Position numbers and translations under genes: made by a program
Notes under the pieces: generated by a model
Seen by the model: only the letters and a program-made list of their open reading frames with translations
Databases searched by the model: none
Told to the model about the DNA's origin: nothing
Part shown: positions 8,825 through 17,470 of the stretch, in pieces
How the letters are laid out: each line of letters opens with the position of its first letter
Numbering within the stretch: the stretch's first letter is position 1
Origin: Patescibacteria group bacterium
Lineage (GTDB): Bacteria > Patescibacteriota > Patescibacteriia > Magasanikbacterales > GWA2-37-8
Assembly (NCBI GenBank): GCA_041661385.1
Contig: JBAZUP010000001.1
Span: 576,907-640,906, forward strand
Direction of reading: 5' to 3'
Length of the DNA stretch: 64,000 bases

Positions 8825-9493
8825 TTATTTAATTATTTCCAACCATTGGTCAGGTATTTGTGACTCCAATTTAATACTTTCTTCACCGGTCGCAGTAACA
8901 AAAGCGAGTGAAGTGGCAGATAACGCCAAAGATTTATCCGGTAACGGTTCCGGCGCTCCATATTTAATATCTCCAACTATCGGATGGCCGATGGCCGAGA
9001 GCTGGGCGCGAATCTGGTGTGAACGGCCCGTGCCAAGCCATATTTTTAATAGTGAATATTTTGAATTACTTTTTACCACTTCATAAGTAAGTTCGGCATC
9101 TTTACTGTCTTTCGTTGGTGAATCGTAAATTTTGACTTTGTTTTTATTTTCGTCTTTTACAATATGATGAATAATAGTTTGCTTAGCCTTCTCCGGCTTC
9201 CCGCAAACTACCGCGTGATAGATTTTTTCCACCGTATGTTCACGAAACTGCTCAGAAAGACGCGCCGCACCTTTGCTGGTTTTACCAAAAATAATTATGC
9301 CGGAAACCGGACGGTCCAAACGATGAATGAGACCAAGAAAAACCTTTCCTGGCTTATGGTATTTATTTTTTAAATAATATCTTACCTGATCGAGCAATGA
9401 CGAATCGCCAGTTTTGTCTTCTTGAACCAAAATACCCGCCGGTTTATAAACGGCGATTAAGTGATTATCTTCGTAGAGTACTTTTAAATCCAT
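8825..9493 (-). CDS. RluA-family RNA pseudouridine synthase
   Basis: HRLDRPVSG, TGRSHQIR, PIVGDIKYG. Confidence 0.92.
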   Translation of the reverse strand: MDLKVLYEDNHLIAVYKPAGILVQEDKTGDSSLLDQVRYYLKNKYHKPGKVFLGLIHRLDRPVSGIIIFGKTSKGAARLSEQFREHTVEKIYHAVVCGKPEKAKQTIIHHIVKDENKNKVKIYDSPTKDSKDAELTYEVVKSNSKYSLLKIWLGTGRSHQIRAQLSAIGHPIVGDIKYGAPEPLPDKSLALSATSLAFVTATGEESIKLESQIPDQWLEIIK

Positions 9494-9494
9494 G

Positions 9495-10370
9495 TTAAAC
9501 ACTGCTCCACCGTGCAAAAATGCCGGCTGGCAGCAATCTTTCTCCCTCTTTTTCCTTAATAGTTAATTCCCCCACCTCTACCTTGCCGCCATATGCTTTG
9601 AACAAAGTTTCCAAATTATTTTTGTATGCCAAGGCTGAATAACCGGCCGCATAACCATTGATAAGAAAAAATAGCGGCTGTTTTGATAAGACCTTCTTAC
9701 ATTCTTCGACAAAAGGTAAAAAACTTTTTTCAATTTTCCAGAGCTCACCTTTTGGCCCATGCCCAAATGATGGCGGATCCATAATAATTCCATCGTACAA
9801 CTTCCCACGCTTCACTTCGCGCTGCACAAATCTAAAAGCATCATCTAATATCCAGCGAATCGGTTTATCTTTTAACCCGGAAATTTCCGCATTTTCTCTA
9901 CCCCAACCTATTGCCGCTTTTGAACCGTCGACATGACACACCTCGGCTCCGGCTTTGGCGCAGGCGAGAGTTGCCCCACCCGTATAGCCAAATAGATTCA
10001 AAACTGAAACCGGCCGTCCTGAATTTTTTATTTTTTCTTCCAGCCAAAGCCAATTACCGACTTGTTCCGGAAAAATTCCGGTATGTTTAAATGCCGAAAG
10101 CTTAACCCACATTTTCAATCCGCCAATTTCAACCTGCCACTTTTCCGCAATCTTGCCTTTAGTACTCCAATTGGCGCTTACACTGACACGCTTAAAAAAA
10201 GCATTAGCCTTTTCCCATTCCGCAACCGATAACTTTTTTGGCCACAAGGCCTGCGGGTCGGGCCTCGCAATCAAAACATCGGCATAGCGTTCCAGCTTTT
10301 CGCTTTCGCCGCTATCAACCAGTTCATAATCTTTTCCCGGCTCAGTAGTTATTATTTTATATTCACTCAT
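9495..10370 (-). CDS. Class I SAM-dependent methyltransferase (RlmI/RlmK-like)
   Basis: HTGIFPEQ, VLNLFGYTGG, IIMDPPSFG. Confidence 0.85.
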   Translation of the reverse strand: MSEYKIITTEPGKDYELVDSGESEKLERYADVLIARPDPQALWPKKLSVAEWEKANAFFKRVSVSANWSTKGKIAEKWQVEIGGLKMWVKLSAFKHTGIFPEQVGNWLWLEEKIKNSGRPVSVLNLFGYTGGATLACAKAGAEVCHVDGSKAAIGWGRENAEISGLKDKPIRWILDDAFRFVQREVKRGKLYDGIIMDPPSFGHGPKGELWKIEKSFLPFVEECKKVLSKQPLFFLINGYAAGYSALAYKNNLETLFKAYGGKVEVGELTIKEKEGERLLPAGIFARWSSV

Positions 10371-10371
10371 A

Positions 10372-11100
10372 TTATTTTCCGATATATTCAATATCGCTTT
10401 CATCTGCCCGGCGCAAACCTTCACCACTATTCATTTCTTCAAACGCTTGGGCGACGAGACCTGGTGTACGGGCAATGATGAAAAAACCATCAATCAAATT
10501 TTGATCAAAACCCATATCAAGCAGTATTGCTGCATTTGCGCCGTCCATGTTCAAAGGCAGTTGTTTCGAAGAGGTTTTGTTTAATTCTTCCTTAATTTTT
10601 AAGGCAAATTTACAATATTTACCAAAAAATCCGTTTTCTTCGGCGATTTTTAAGAGCGCTTCGGCTCGGTTATCTACCTTTAATACTTTATGACCATACC
10701 CTGAAATATAAATCTTTCTTTTCTTAAAACTCGCAAGCAAGGTAGCTAAATCTTTTTCATCAATGTGCTCCACAAAAAATTTTGCGGCTGCGCCAAGCGC
10801 TCCTCCATGCCTTGAACCACCCAAAGCCAAAACACCGGCTGCAACCGAACTATAAAGCGAAGTATTCGTCGACGCAGTAATACGAGTAACTAGCGCCGAA
10901 GCTGAACCAGGCCCATGGTCAATCATCATGGCAACCATTGCGTTCATCATTTTTGTTTCCTTTGCGCTTGGTAATTCGCCTTTTAAGACCAACCAAATAA
11001 CTTCAGTAAAACTTTTCTCAAGCGCAAGTTTTTCCTGACTCTGTCCGCGAATTATCTCTTTACCATCATTGACGTTTGTTATCGCAGTTTTCCATTTCAT
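10372..11100 (-). CDS. Citryl-CoA lyase (citrate synthase-like fold)
   Basis: WKTAIT, IDHGP, HGGA, GYGH, LNMDG, ARTPGLVA; 242 aa; adjacent to ACL/CCS-like subunits. Confidence 0.8.
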   Translation of the reverse strand: MKWKTAITNVNDGKEIIRGQSQEKLALEKSFTEVIWLVLKGELPSAKETKMMNAMVAMMIDHGPGSASALVTRITASTNTSLYSSVAAGVLALGGSRHGGALGAAAKFFVEHIDEKDLATLLASFKKRKIYISGYGHKVLKVDNRAEALLKIAEENGFFGKYCKFALKIKEELNKTSSKQLPLNMDGANAAILLDMGFDQNLIDGFFIIARTPGLVAQAFEEMNSGEGLRRADESDIEYIGK

Positions 11101-11121
11101 ATTATTTATATTTAGTTCAAT

Positions 11122-12015
11122 TTATTTATTATAAGGCCTAACCAATTCTACCAAGTCTTCATACTTTTCCGCAATCATTACTCCAGCCGAACGCAGCGCC
11201 GCTTCCTTATCTTTGGCGCCCTGCCCACGCCCGACAATTGCTCCAGCATGACCAATATTCATTCCTTCCGGAAACAATGAGGCAAATTTACCGCCGATAT
11301 ATACAGCAAGCGGTTTAGTATATTCTTTATTTTCGATTAATTTTACAATTTCAAATTCATAACTTCCGCCGTGCTCTCCAAAAATTACAACCGCTTTTGT
11401 CTGTTCATCTTTCTCAAATAACCGAAGTAAATCGGCATAAATTGTACCGACTAATAAATCACCACCCACATGTACTGCCGCACTCTGACCCATGCCCGCT
11501 TGGCGAATTTGCCAGGATAGCTCGTTGGTCATACCACCTGAGCGAGAAATAACTCCAATACTGCCTGGCTTAAATATCTCTTCTACTAATGGACCTCCTA
11601 CCACTCCGATTCTGCCTACCCCTGGAACAATCAAACCAAGCGAACTCGGACCGACAACTTGAATATTTTTTTCTTTAGCGGCGGCAAGAAAATACGCGGT
11701 ATCTTTAATCGGAACGCGTTCAGCCATCACATTAATTAATTTAATATCATTTTTTATTGCTTCCAGCACCGCATCCTTCACCGCGAAAGGCGGAACATAT
11801 ACCGCCGATGTATTTAGTTCCGGAAATTTTTCTTTTGCTTCATCAATCGAATTAAAAATTGGTTTTCCCTCTACTTCTTGCCCGCCTTTTTTTGGTGTGA
11901 CACCACAAACAACTTCCGTATGATAATCAAGCATTGCTTTGGCAGCCTTGGCACCTTCCTTGCCAGTCATGCCTTGTACTATTACCTTAGTTTTTTTTGA
12001 AATTAAAATTGACAT
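11122..12015 (-). CDS. Citryl-CoA synthetase/ATP citrate lyase alpha-like subunit (CoA-binding, phospho-His)
   Basis: VQGMTGKEG, SRSGGMTNE, GHAGA; SucD-like fold. Confidence 0.8.
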   Translation of the reverse strand: MSILISKKTKVIVQGMTGKEGAKAAKAMLDYHTEVVCGVTPKKGGQEVEGKPIFNSIDEAKEKFPELNTSAVYVPPFAVKDAVLEAIKNDIKLINVMAERVPIKDTAYFLAAAKEKNIQVVGPSSLGLIVPGVGRIGVVGGPLVEEIFKPGSIGVISRSGGMTNELSWQIRQAGMGQSAAVHVGGDLLVGTIYADLLRLFEKDEQTKAVVIFGEHGGSYEFEIVKLIENKEYTKPLAVYIGGKFASLFPEGMNIGHAGAIVGRGQGAKDKEAALRSAGVMIAEKYEDLVELVRPYNK

Positions 12016-12016
12016 A

Positions 12017-13162
12017 TTATTTACCAATCATTTCCGCAAGTACTACCGCGGTCGCGCTCATTGGCGTGTCTTTATCAAAATATTTTAATTTTAAATTATT
12101 ACGCGCAGCACAATCTTCCATGATTTTTTTTCCTTCAGAATCAAATGGCCCGGCGCGGCGCACAACAATCGGATATTTCGGTTTCAGCTCATCGAGCGCA
12201 TCCACAATACCTTGAAATGTTTCTGCGATATTTGTAAAATTTGCAACACCGCCCGCAATCCACAAGCCCCTTAAGCCGGGTTTTGATAAAACAATTTTTA
12301 CCAGATTGTAAACTTTTTCCCGCGGTGGATTACCGGAATATTCCGTATAATTGGCAGGTTTACAACCGGCCTGAATCAAAGCATCCATGTTTGAAATACT
12401 GGCTCCGCCTCCTGAAAAAAGAATTGCCACATCTCCATCCATTTCAATATATTTTCCTGCCGTACCACGGTAATAATTGGCGCCTTCATCAATTTTTGTA
12501 ACCGCTATTTCTCGCTCGGTCGGCAATCGCCCCATCATTGTACGTGGCTCAAACTTTTGCCAGGCATCATGCCTAAAAAAAGCATCTTCATCAAGCGCAA
12601 CCTTGGCATCGGCTGCCACATATTTTCCTTCAGAAGTTAAAATAAGCGGATTAATTTCCATTAATCTTGCATCTTCCGATAAAAAACATTTCCAAAGCGG
12701 CTCTGCGAAAATAAAATTTTCAGTAACTTGCTCAGACCTAATATCTAATGGTATTTTTTTTATTTTTTCCGGCGTAACATCTTCTATATCAATTCCACCG
12801 ACAGCGCTAAATATCATTACCGGCTGTTTGATGTTTGTATCGTAAGTAATAGAAATATATTGTTCGGAAACAATTTGCAGTCGCTCTTCAATTAAAACCG
12901 CGGCTACATACTGACCCAAAATATTGATTCCAAACATTTCTTCAGTTATTTTTTTTGCTTCTTCTTTAGAAGAAGCAAACTTTATACCATTATTTTTTCC
13001 CCGTTTTCCAGATAAAATTTGCGCCTTTACTGCCACTTCTTTAACCCCCAATGATTCATAGGCTGCTTCAGCATTTTCACCACGCCGAACCACCACCCCT
13101 TTCGGGATAGTAATGCCATATTTTTCAAATATTTTTTTTCCTTCCCACTCGTAAAGATTCAT
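12017..13162 (-). CDS. ATP citrate lyase/citryl-CoA synthetase beta-like subunit (ATP-grasp + citrate-binding)
   Basis: MNLYEWEGK, GKRGK, EINPL, GGGAS, NYTEYSGNP, GGVANFTNIAETFQGI (ACL-type citrate-binding motif). Confidence 0.82.
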   Translation of the reverse strand: MNLYEWEGKKIFEKYGITIPKGVVVRRGENAEAAYESLGVKEVAVKAQILSGKRGKNNGIKFASSKEEAKKITEEMFGINILGQYVAAVLIEERLQIVSEQYISITYDTNIKQPVMIFSAVGGIDIEDVTPEKIKKIPLDIRSEQVTENFIFAEPLWKCFLSEDARLMEINPLILTSEGKYVAADAKVALDEDAFFRHDAWQKFEPRTMMGRLPTEREIAVTKIDEGANYYRGTAGKYIEMDGDVAILFSGGGASISNMDALIQAGCKPANYTEYSGNPPREKVYNLVKIVLSKPGLRGLWIAGGVANFTNIAETFQGIVDALDELKPKYPIVVRRAGPFDSEGKKIMEDCAARNNLKLKYFDKDTPMSATAVVLAEMIGK

Positions 13163-13177
13163 GCTATTTTGGAAATA

Positions 13178-13513
13178 CTATTTAAAATCCATCCGAAACC
13201 CGAGGCCCACATCTTTAAAACCAAGATTTCGATACCAATCGTGAAGTTCTTTTTTTTCACAACGGCAAGAAAAAACTAATTTATAACAATTTTGCTTTAT
13301 CGCTTCGGCTTTCACATTTTCTACCAGATTTTTTCCAAACCCCTGACCGCGGAATTTTTCATCTACAAATAAATCTTCCATATAACCGAACGGCTCGTCG
13401 TGAAGGTAGTTATACATAATATATAAAAAGACTCGCCCTATTTCTTGTCCGTCTTTTTCCGCGGTAAACTTTACCGCATAACTTCTCTTTTCAATTTCTT
13501 TTTTTATTATCAT
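13178..13513 (-). CDS. GNAT acetyltransferase
   Basis: EDLFVDEKFRGQGFG, WYRNLGF. Confidence 0.85.
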   Translation of the reverse strand: MIIKKEIEKRSYAVKFTAEKDGQEIGRVFLYIMYNYLHDEPFGYMEDLFVDEKFRGQGFGKNLVENVKAEAIKQNCYKLVFSCRCEKKELHDWYRNLGFKDVGLGFRMDFK

Positions 13514-13905
13514 ATTACAAATCTTAACAAAACCCAGACGCCAATTATACCCGTTACAACCACCGCTACCCGCCACGGTTCGCTGTTGTTAGTAAGCCAG
13601 TTCCAGACGTCGCCAATTTTATCGGCTATCTTTTTTAAATTTTCATAAACCGCTGAACCTCGTTTTACCACTTCCACCGTAGAACTTACTGCCTGTTCGG
13701 TTTTATTATACGCATCAACTGCAACTCCGGCGGTTGTAGTTGCTACCCTAATCAATTGCCTGGCTTTATTTAGGGTAGTGCTGGTTTGCTCGGCGACATT
13801 ATTCATCTGAGAATTTAGACTGTCGATTTCATCGGTTGGAGCAGCAAAAACTATTAAGGGAGAAAATAATATACTAAACATCGTAACTAACAACAATTTT
13901 TTCAT
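13510..13905 (-). CDS. Hypothetical exported/membrane protein
   Basis: Signal peptide and C-terminal hydrophobic helix; overlaps neighbour by 4 nt in an operon. Confidence 0.7.
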   Translation of the reverse strand: MKKLLLVTMFSILFSPLIVFAAPTDEIDSLNSQMNNVAEQTSTTLNKARQLIRVATTTAGVAVDAYNKTEQAVSSTVEVVKRGSAVYENLKKIADKIGDVWNWLTNNSEPWRVAVVVTGIIGVWVLLRFVI

Positions 13906-13908
13906 ATC

Positions 13909-14514
13909 TTATTTCTTTTGCAAAAAATATTCTAAAAAATACTTTTCCTTAACTACCACTTCGTAAAAACTTTTTAATTCAAAATGCTCTGAAAATAACT
14001 GCGCAAATTCATTCCTCTCCCAAAAAGCAAAAAATCTTTTTTCATCAACCCCGCCATCCGAAATATATCGTTGTCCGCGACCCTCTAAAGTACAGACATA
14101 CAAAATACCTTTTTCAGAAAGCAATTGATAAAGTTTTTCTATCACCTTTGGTAAGTCGGTTTTTTTAATATGGAGTAGCGAAGTAACCGCCCAAATTCCA
14201 TCAAACGAATTTGGGGGAAATTTTAAATCCTCAATGTCCATGACTTCGGCTTCAATTTGCTTACTCTTGGCAAGCGCTACCATGCGCTCCGAAAAATCAA
14301 TTGCTTTTACCTTATATCCAAGCTTTTTAAAATGCGCGGCGTGTTCCCCCGGTCCGCAACCTAAGTCCAAAACTCTTTTACCCGATAACAGATCGCTAAA
14401 ATGTTTTACTTCTTCTTTTTGCTCAGAAAATAATGCCCGGTGTTTTATTGCATAACGCTCGGCATTACGATTATAAAATTCTTTGGTAATCTTTTTATAA
14501 TCATCCATATTCAA
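13909..14514 (-). CDS. Class I SAM-dependent methyltransferase
   Basis: VLDLGCGPG, IDFSERM, FDGIWA..SLLH. Confidence 0.88.
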   Translation of the reverse strand: MNMDDYKKITKEFYNRNAERYAIKHRALFSEQKEEVKHFSDLLSGKRVLDLGCGPGEHAAHFKKLGYKVKAIDFSERMVALAKSKQIEAEVMDIEDLKFPPNSFDGIWAVTSLLHIKKTDLPKVIEKLYQLLSEKGILYVCTLEGRGQRYISDGGVDEKRFFAFWERNEFAQLFSEHFELKSFYEVVVKEKYFLEYFLQKK

Positions 14515-15500
14515 CTACAAATGATTTCGTACAATACTTTGCCGAGCTTTTGGCTGTCATGCCGAATCAGACTGCGTTTTAAACTATCCCCCTGATCTTT
14601 TTTCACTTCTCTCTGACTGACCAAATTTTTTCTTACTACTTTGTATTTATGTTCAACTAAATTATCTTCAATCGGATATTCTTTTTCCTTGGCGTAGTGC
14701 TGCAAAACTTTTTTTGAAAGATCACCGCGATGAACAACAACAAAATTTGGCGTCCGGCCCGAATAACGGTGCATTTCTGCTACTAAATCCGATGCCTTCA
14801 TGCCGTTCGTTTGACCGTATTTTGTCATTAAATTACTTACGAATATAAACTTAGCTTTACTGCTTGCGATTGCATCTGCAATGCCCGGTACGATAAGGCT
14901 GGCAAGTGTCGTAGTATACAAATCGCCTGGCCCAGCGATAATAAAATCTGCTTTTTTAATGGCATTTACCGCTTCTTTGTTTGCGGCTACTTTTTTTGAT
15001 AAAGTTAAGCGCTTAATTTTGCCATAATTTGTAGATAGCGATGGCTCGTCAATGAGATGCTCACCGCGAATTTTTTTTCCGCTTTCATACTCGGCAACTA
15101 AATGGGTATTTTCTAAAGTAACCGGAATTACCTTGCCCCTTACTCGAAACAATTTTTTTGCCGCTTCAATGGCCAAGAGCTCTGTTCCGGTAATATCCGA
15201 AAGAGCCATCATGATAAAATTTCCCAGCGTATGACCGGTAATACCCTTTCCCTTTCCAAACCGATACATAAATAATTTTCGCAAAATTCCATTTCCATTT
15301 TCAGAAAGAGCGATAATTGATTTTCTGAGATCGCTTAACGGAAGAAGGCCAAACTCATCGCGAATTACAGCGTTGCTGCCGCCATCATCAGTCATGCTGA
15401 CAATAATACTAATTTCAATTTCAGCGTAATCTTTTAGTTTATTTAAAACCACCGTGGTTCCAGTGCCACCACCGATAATTACAACTCTTTTCTTTTGCAT
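14511..15500 (-). CDS. YvcK/GlmR (CofD-like, UPF0052) protein
   Basis: IGGGTG, DDGGS, GHTLGN, GPGDLYT, NLMT, IRHD. Confidence 0.9.
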   Translation of the reverse strand: MQKKRVVIIGGGTGTTVVLNKLKDYAEIEISIIVSMTDDGGSNAVIRDEFGLLPLSDLRKSIIALSENGNGILRKLFMYRFGKGKGITGHTLGNFIMMALSDITGTELLAIEAAKKLFRVRGKVIPVTLENTHLVAEYESGKKIRGEHLIDEPSLSTNYGKIKRLTLSKKVAANKEAVNAIKKADFIIAGPGDLYTTTLASLIVPGIADAIASSKAKFIFVSNLMTKYGQTNGMKASDLVAEMHRYSGRTPNFVVVHRGDLSKKVLQHYAKEKEYPIEDNLVEHKYKVVRKNLVSQREVKKDQGDSLKRSLIRHDSQKLGKVLYEIICS

Positions 15501-15510
15501 ATTGAGAGAA

Positions 15511-16251
15511 TTATTTTTTTCTTTTATCCGCCTCTTCTAGTTCTTCGGGCGTGTTCACTCCAAACCATTCATCGGAATTTTCCAATTCTACAACCTGATG
15601 TTTGACGCCGGTGTCTCTTGCGACCGCGAGCGCCGTCGGTAAGCCATATTCGCCAAGCTTTCTCATTTTTGGCATGGTCGGAAAAATTTTCTCGAACCAG
15701 GCACGATCAAAAATAAAAGTGCCAGTGCTGATTTCTTTAATTTTTTTCTGCTCCTCGGTTAAATATTCCTTTTCAATTATTTCAACCCTGCCATCTTCGT
15801 GCCGTACGATTCTACCTAAATTTTCATAATTCTTCGGCTTGGTTGTAAGCAATGTTAATTTAGCACCGCTACTAAAATGTTTTTCAAAAAGCTTTATTAT
15901 TGTTTCTGGCTCATAAAACGCGCTATCATCTCCCCCCATGACCATGACATTTTTTATTTCCGGCCGCATTTTTTTCATACCGGTAAAAGCGGCATGAGCG
16001 GTTCCCTTTAATTCAACTTGTTCTGCATAACTAACATTACTCCCAAAATAATCCATGATTTTTTCCTTACAAAAACCCACCACCAGACAAATTTGTGAGG
16101 GTTCAAAACCGGCTTTTTTTAGAGTTTTGATACTATATTCAATTATTGGTTTACCGCCAATTTCTCTCATTACTTTCGGTATTTCTACCGATTTTAGCCT
16201 AGTACCTTTGCCAGCCGCAAGAAGTACTACCCCGCATGTTGAATCAATCAT
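15511..16251 (-). CDS. Sugar-phosphate nucleotidyltransferase (GlmU N-terminal-like)
   Basis: LAAGKGTRLKS..PKV, LKGTAHA, GRIVR, GVNTPEEL; no LbH domain. Confidence 0.85.
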   Translation of the reverse strand: MIDSTCGVVLLAAGKGTRLKSVEIPKVMREIGGKPIIEYSIKTLKKAGFEPSQICLVVGFCKEKIMDYFGSNVSYAEQVELKGTAHAAFTGMKKMRPEIKNVMVMGGDDSAFYEPETIIKLFEKHFSSGAKLTLLTTKPKNYENLGRIVRHEDGRVEIIEKEYLTEEQKKIKEISTGTFIFDRAWFEKIFPTMPKMRKLGEYGLPTALAVARDTGVKHQVVELENSDEWFGVNTPEELEEADKRKK

Positions 16252-16326
16252 AAATATGCTTAATTTGGCTTATTATAGCCCATAAATAAAAAAACCGCAA
16301 TTGTGATTGCGGTTATATTTTATGTT

Positions 16327-17343
16327 CTACTTTTCAAGTTTTGAGCTATATTTACCTTGTTGGGCAAGACTTGTAAGGTGAGCCCTTTTTTCAAATACCT
16401 TTTGTGCTCCCTTTGCCCTGCTCGCTATTCCCCGCCAATGTGCCAAAGTCGAATTTTGCAGCGCCCGACCAAATGAATAGGTAACTACCCAAGGCAATTT
16501 TTCGTGCAACGCTATCGCATTCATGTTTGCACAAGCTTCTTTTTCTGTTTGACCACCGGATAAAAATACGATTCCCGGCACAATTTTTGGCACTACTTCT
16601 TTTAGGCACGCAACTGTAAGATTTGCGACTTTTTCTACCTTAATTTTTTCCCTACTTTCGCTGCCCGGCACAATCATGTTGGGTTTTAAAAATATAAAAC
16701 GAAGATCAACACCGCGCTTAACTAATTCATCAAAAATACCCCTTAAAGTCCTTACGGTTGATTCATAGCATTCATCTGAATTATGATTTCCAGTTCCCAA
16801 AACTTCCGGCTCAACAATCGGAACAATACCGGCTTCCTGGGCAATTTTCGCATAAGTCGCGAGCAGTTCACCATTTTTTTGAATGCAACGATTGCTTGGC
16901 AAATTTTTCCCAACACTAAATACCGCGCGCCATTTTACAAAAGTCACGCCCAGATCCGCATAATCCTGCATTCTTTCCGCAAGGCCTTCGAGACCTTTGG
17001 TCTGCATTTCGCCGTGTTTGTTTCGCGGCATCGGAGCAAGCCCTTTATCGATTTTACAGCCAATCAAAACCCCTTGTTCTTTTAAAACTTTTCGAAGTAA
17101 CCGACCATCACTGGTGGTTTCGCGCAGTTGTTCATCAAATAAAATGACACCGCTAATGTAATTGGAAAATTTTGGTGAAGTAAAAAGCATTTCACGATAT
17201 GCTTCACGCATTTCTTCAACATTTCGAATATGGTACCGCTCAAAACGTTTTGCAATCGTTTCAATACTTTCATCGGCGGCTAAAATTCCCTTTCCGGCAA
17301 CGAGAATTTGTTTTACGATTTTATTGAGTTTTAGTTTGTCCAT
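16327..17343 (-). CDS. Fructose-bisphosphate aldolase class I
   Basis: GKGILAADES, KWRAV, VPIVEPEV, LKPNM, FLSGGQ, YSFGRALQ. Confidence 0.95.
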   Translation of the reverse strand: MDKLKLNKIVKQILVAGKGILAADESIETIAKRFERYHIRNVEEMREAYREMLFTSPKFSNYISGVILFDEQLRETTSDGRLLRKVLKEQGVLIGCKIDKGLAPMPRNKHGEMQTKGLEGLAERMQDYADLGVTFVKWRAVFSVGKNLPSNRCIQKNGELLATYAKIAQEAGIVPIVEPEVLGTGNHNSDECYESTVRTLRGIFDELVKRGVDLRFIFLKPNMIVPGSESREKIKVEKVANLTVACLKEVVPKIVPGIVFLSGGQTEKEACANMNAIALHEKLPWVVTYSFGRALQNSTLAHWRGIASRAKGAQKVFEKRAHLTSLAQQGKYSSKLEK

Positions 17344-17470
17344 AGTTTGTATATTATACAACATTTTAGCGACAAAAAAAAGGAATAAAACAAATAAAGA
17401 AGAAAAGAACTTATATTTACAAAATAAAAAAAATCCCCAGACGGAGATTTTTTATTTAAATATAAATTTT

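Noticed and set aside
11122-13162. sucCD annotation
   Set aside because: Beta subunit has ACL-type citrate-binding motifs and is linked to citryl-CoA lyase, so gene symbols were withheld.
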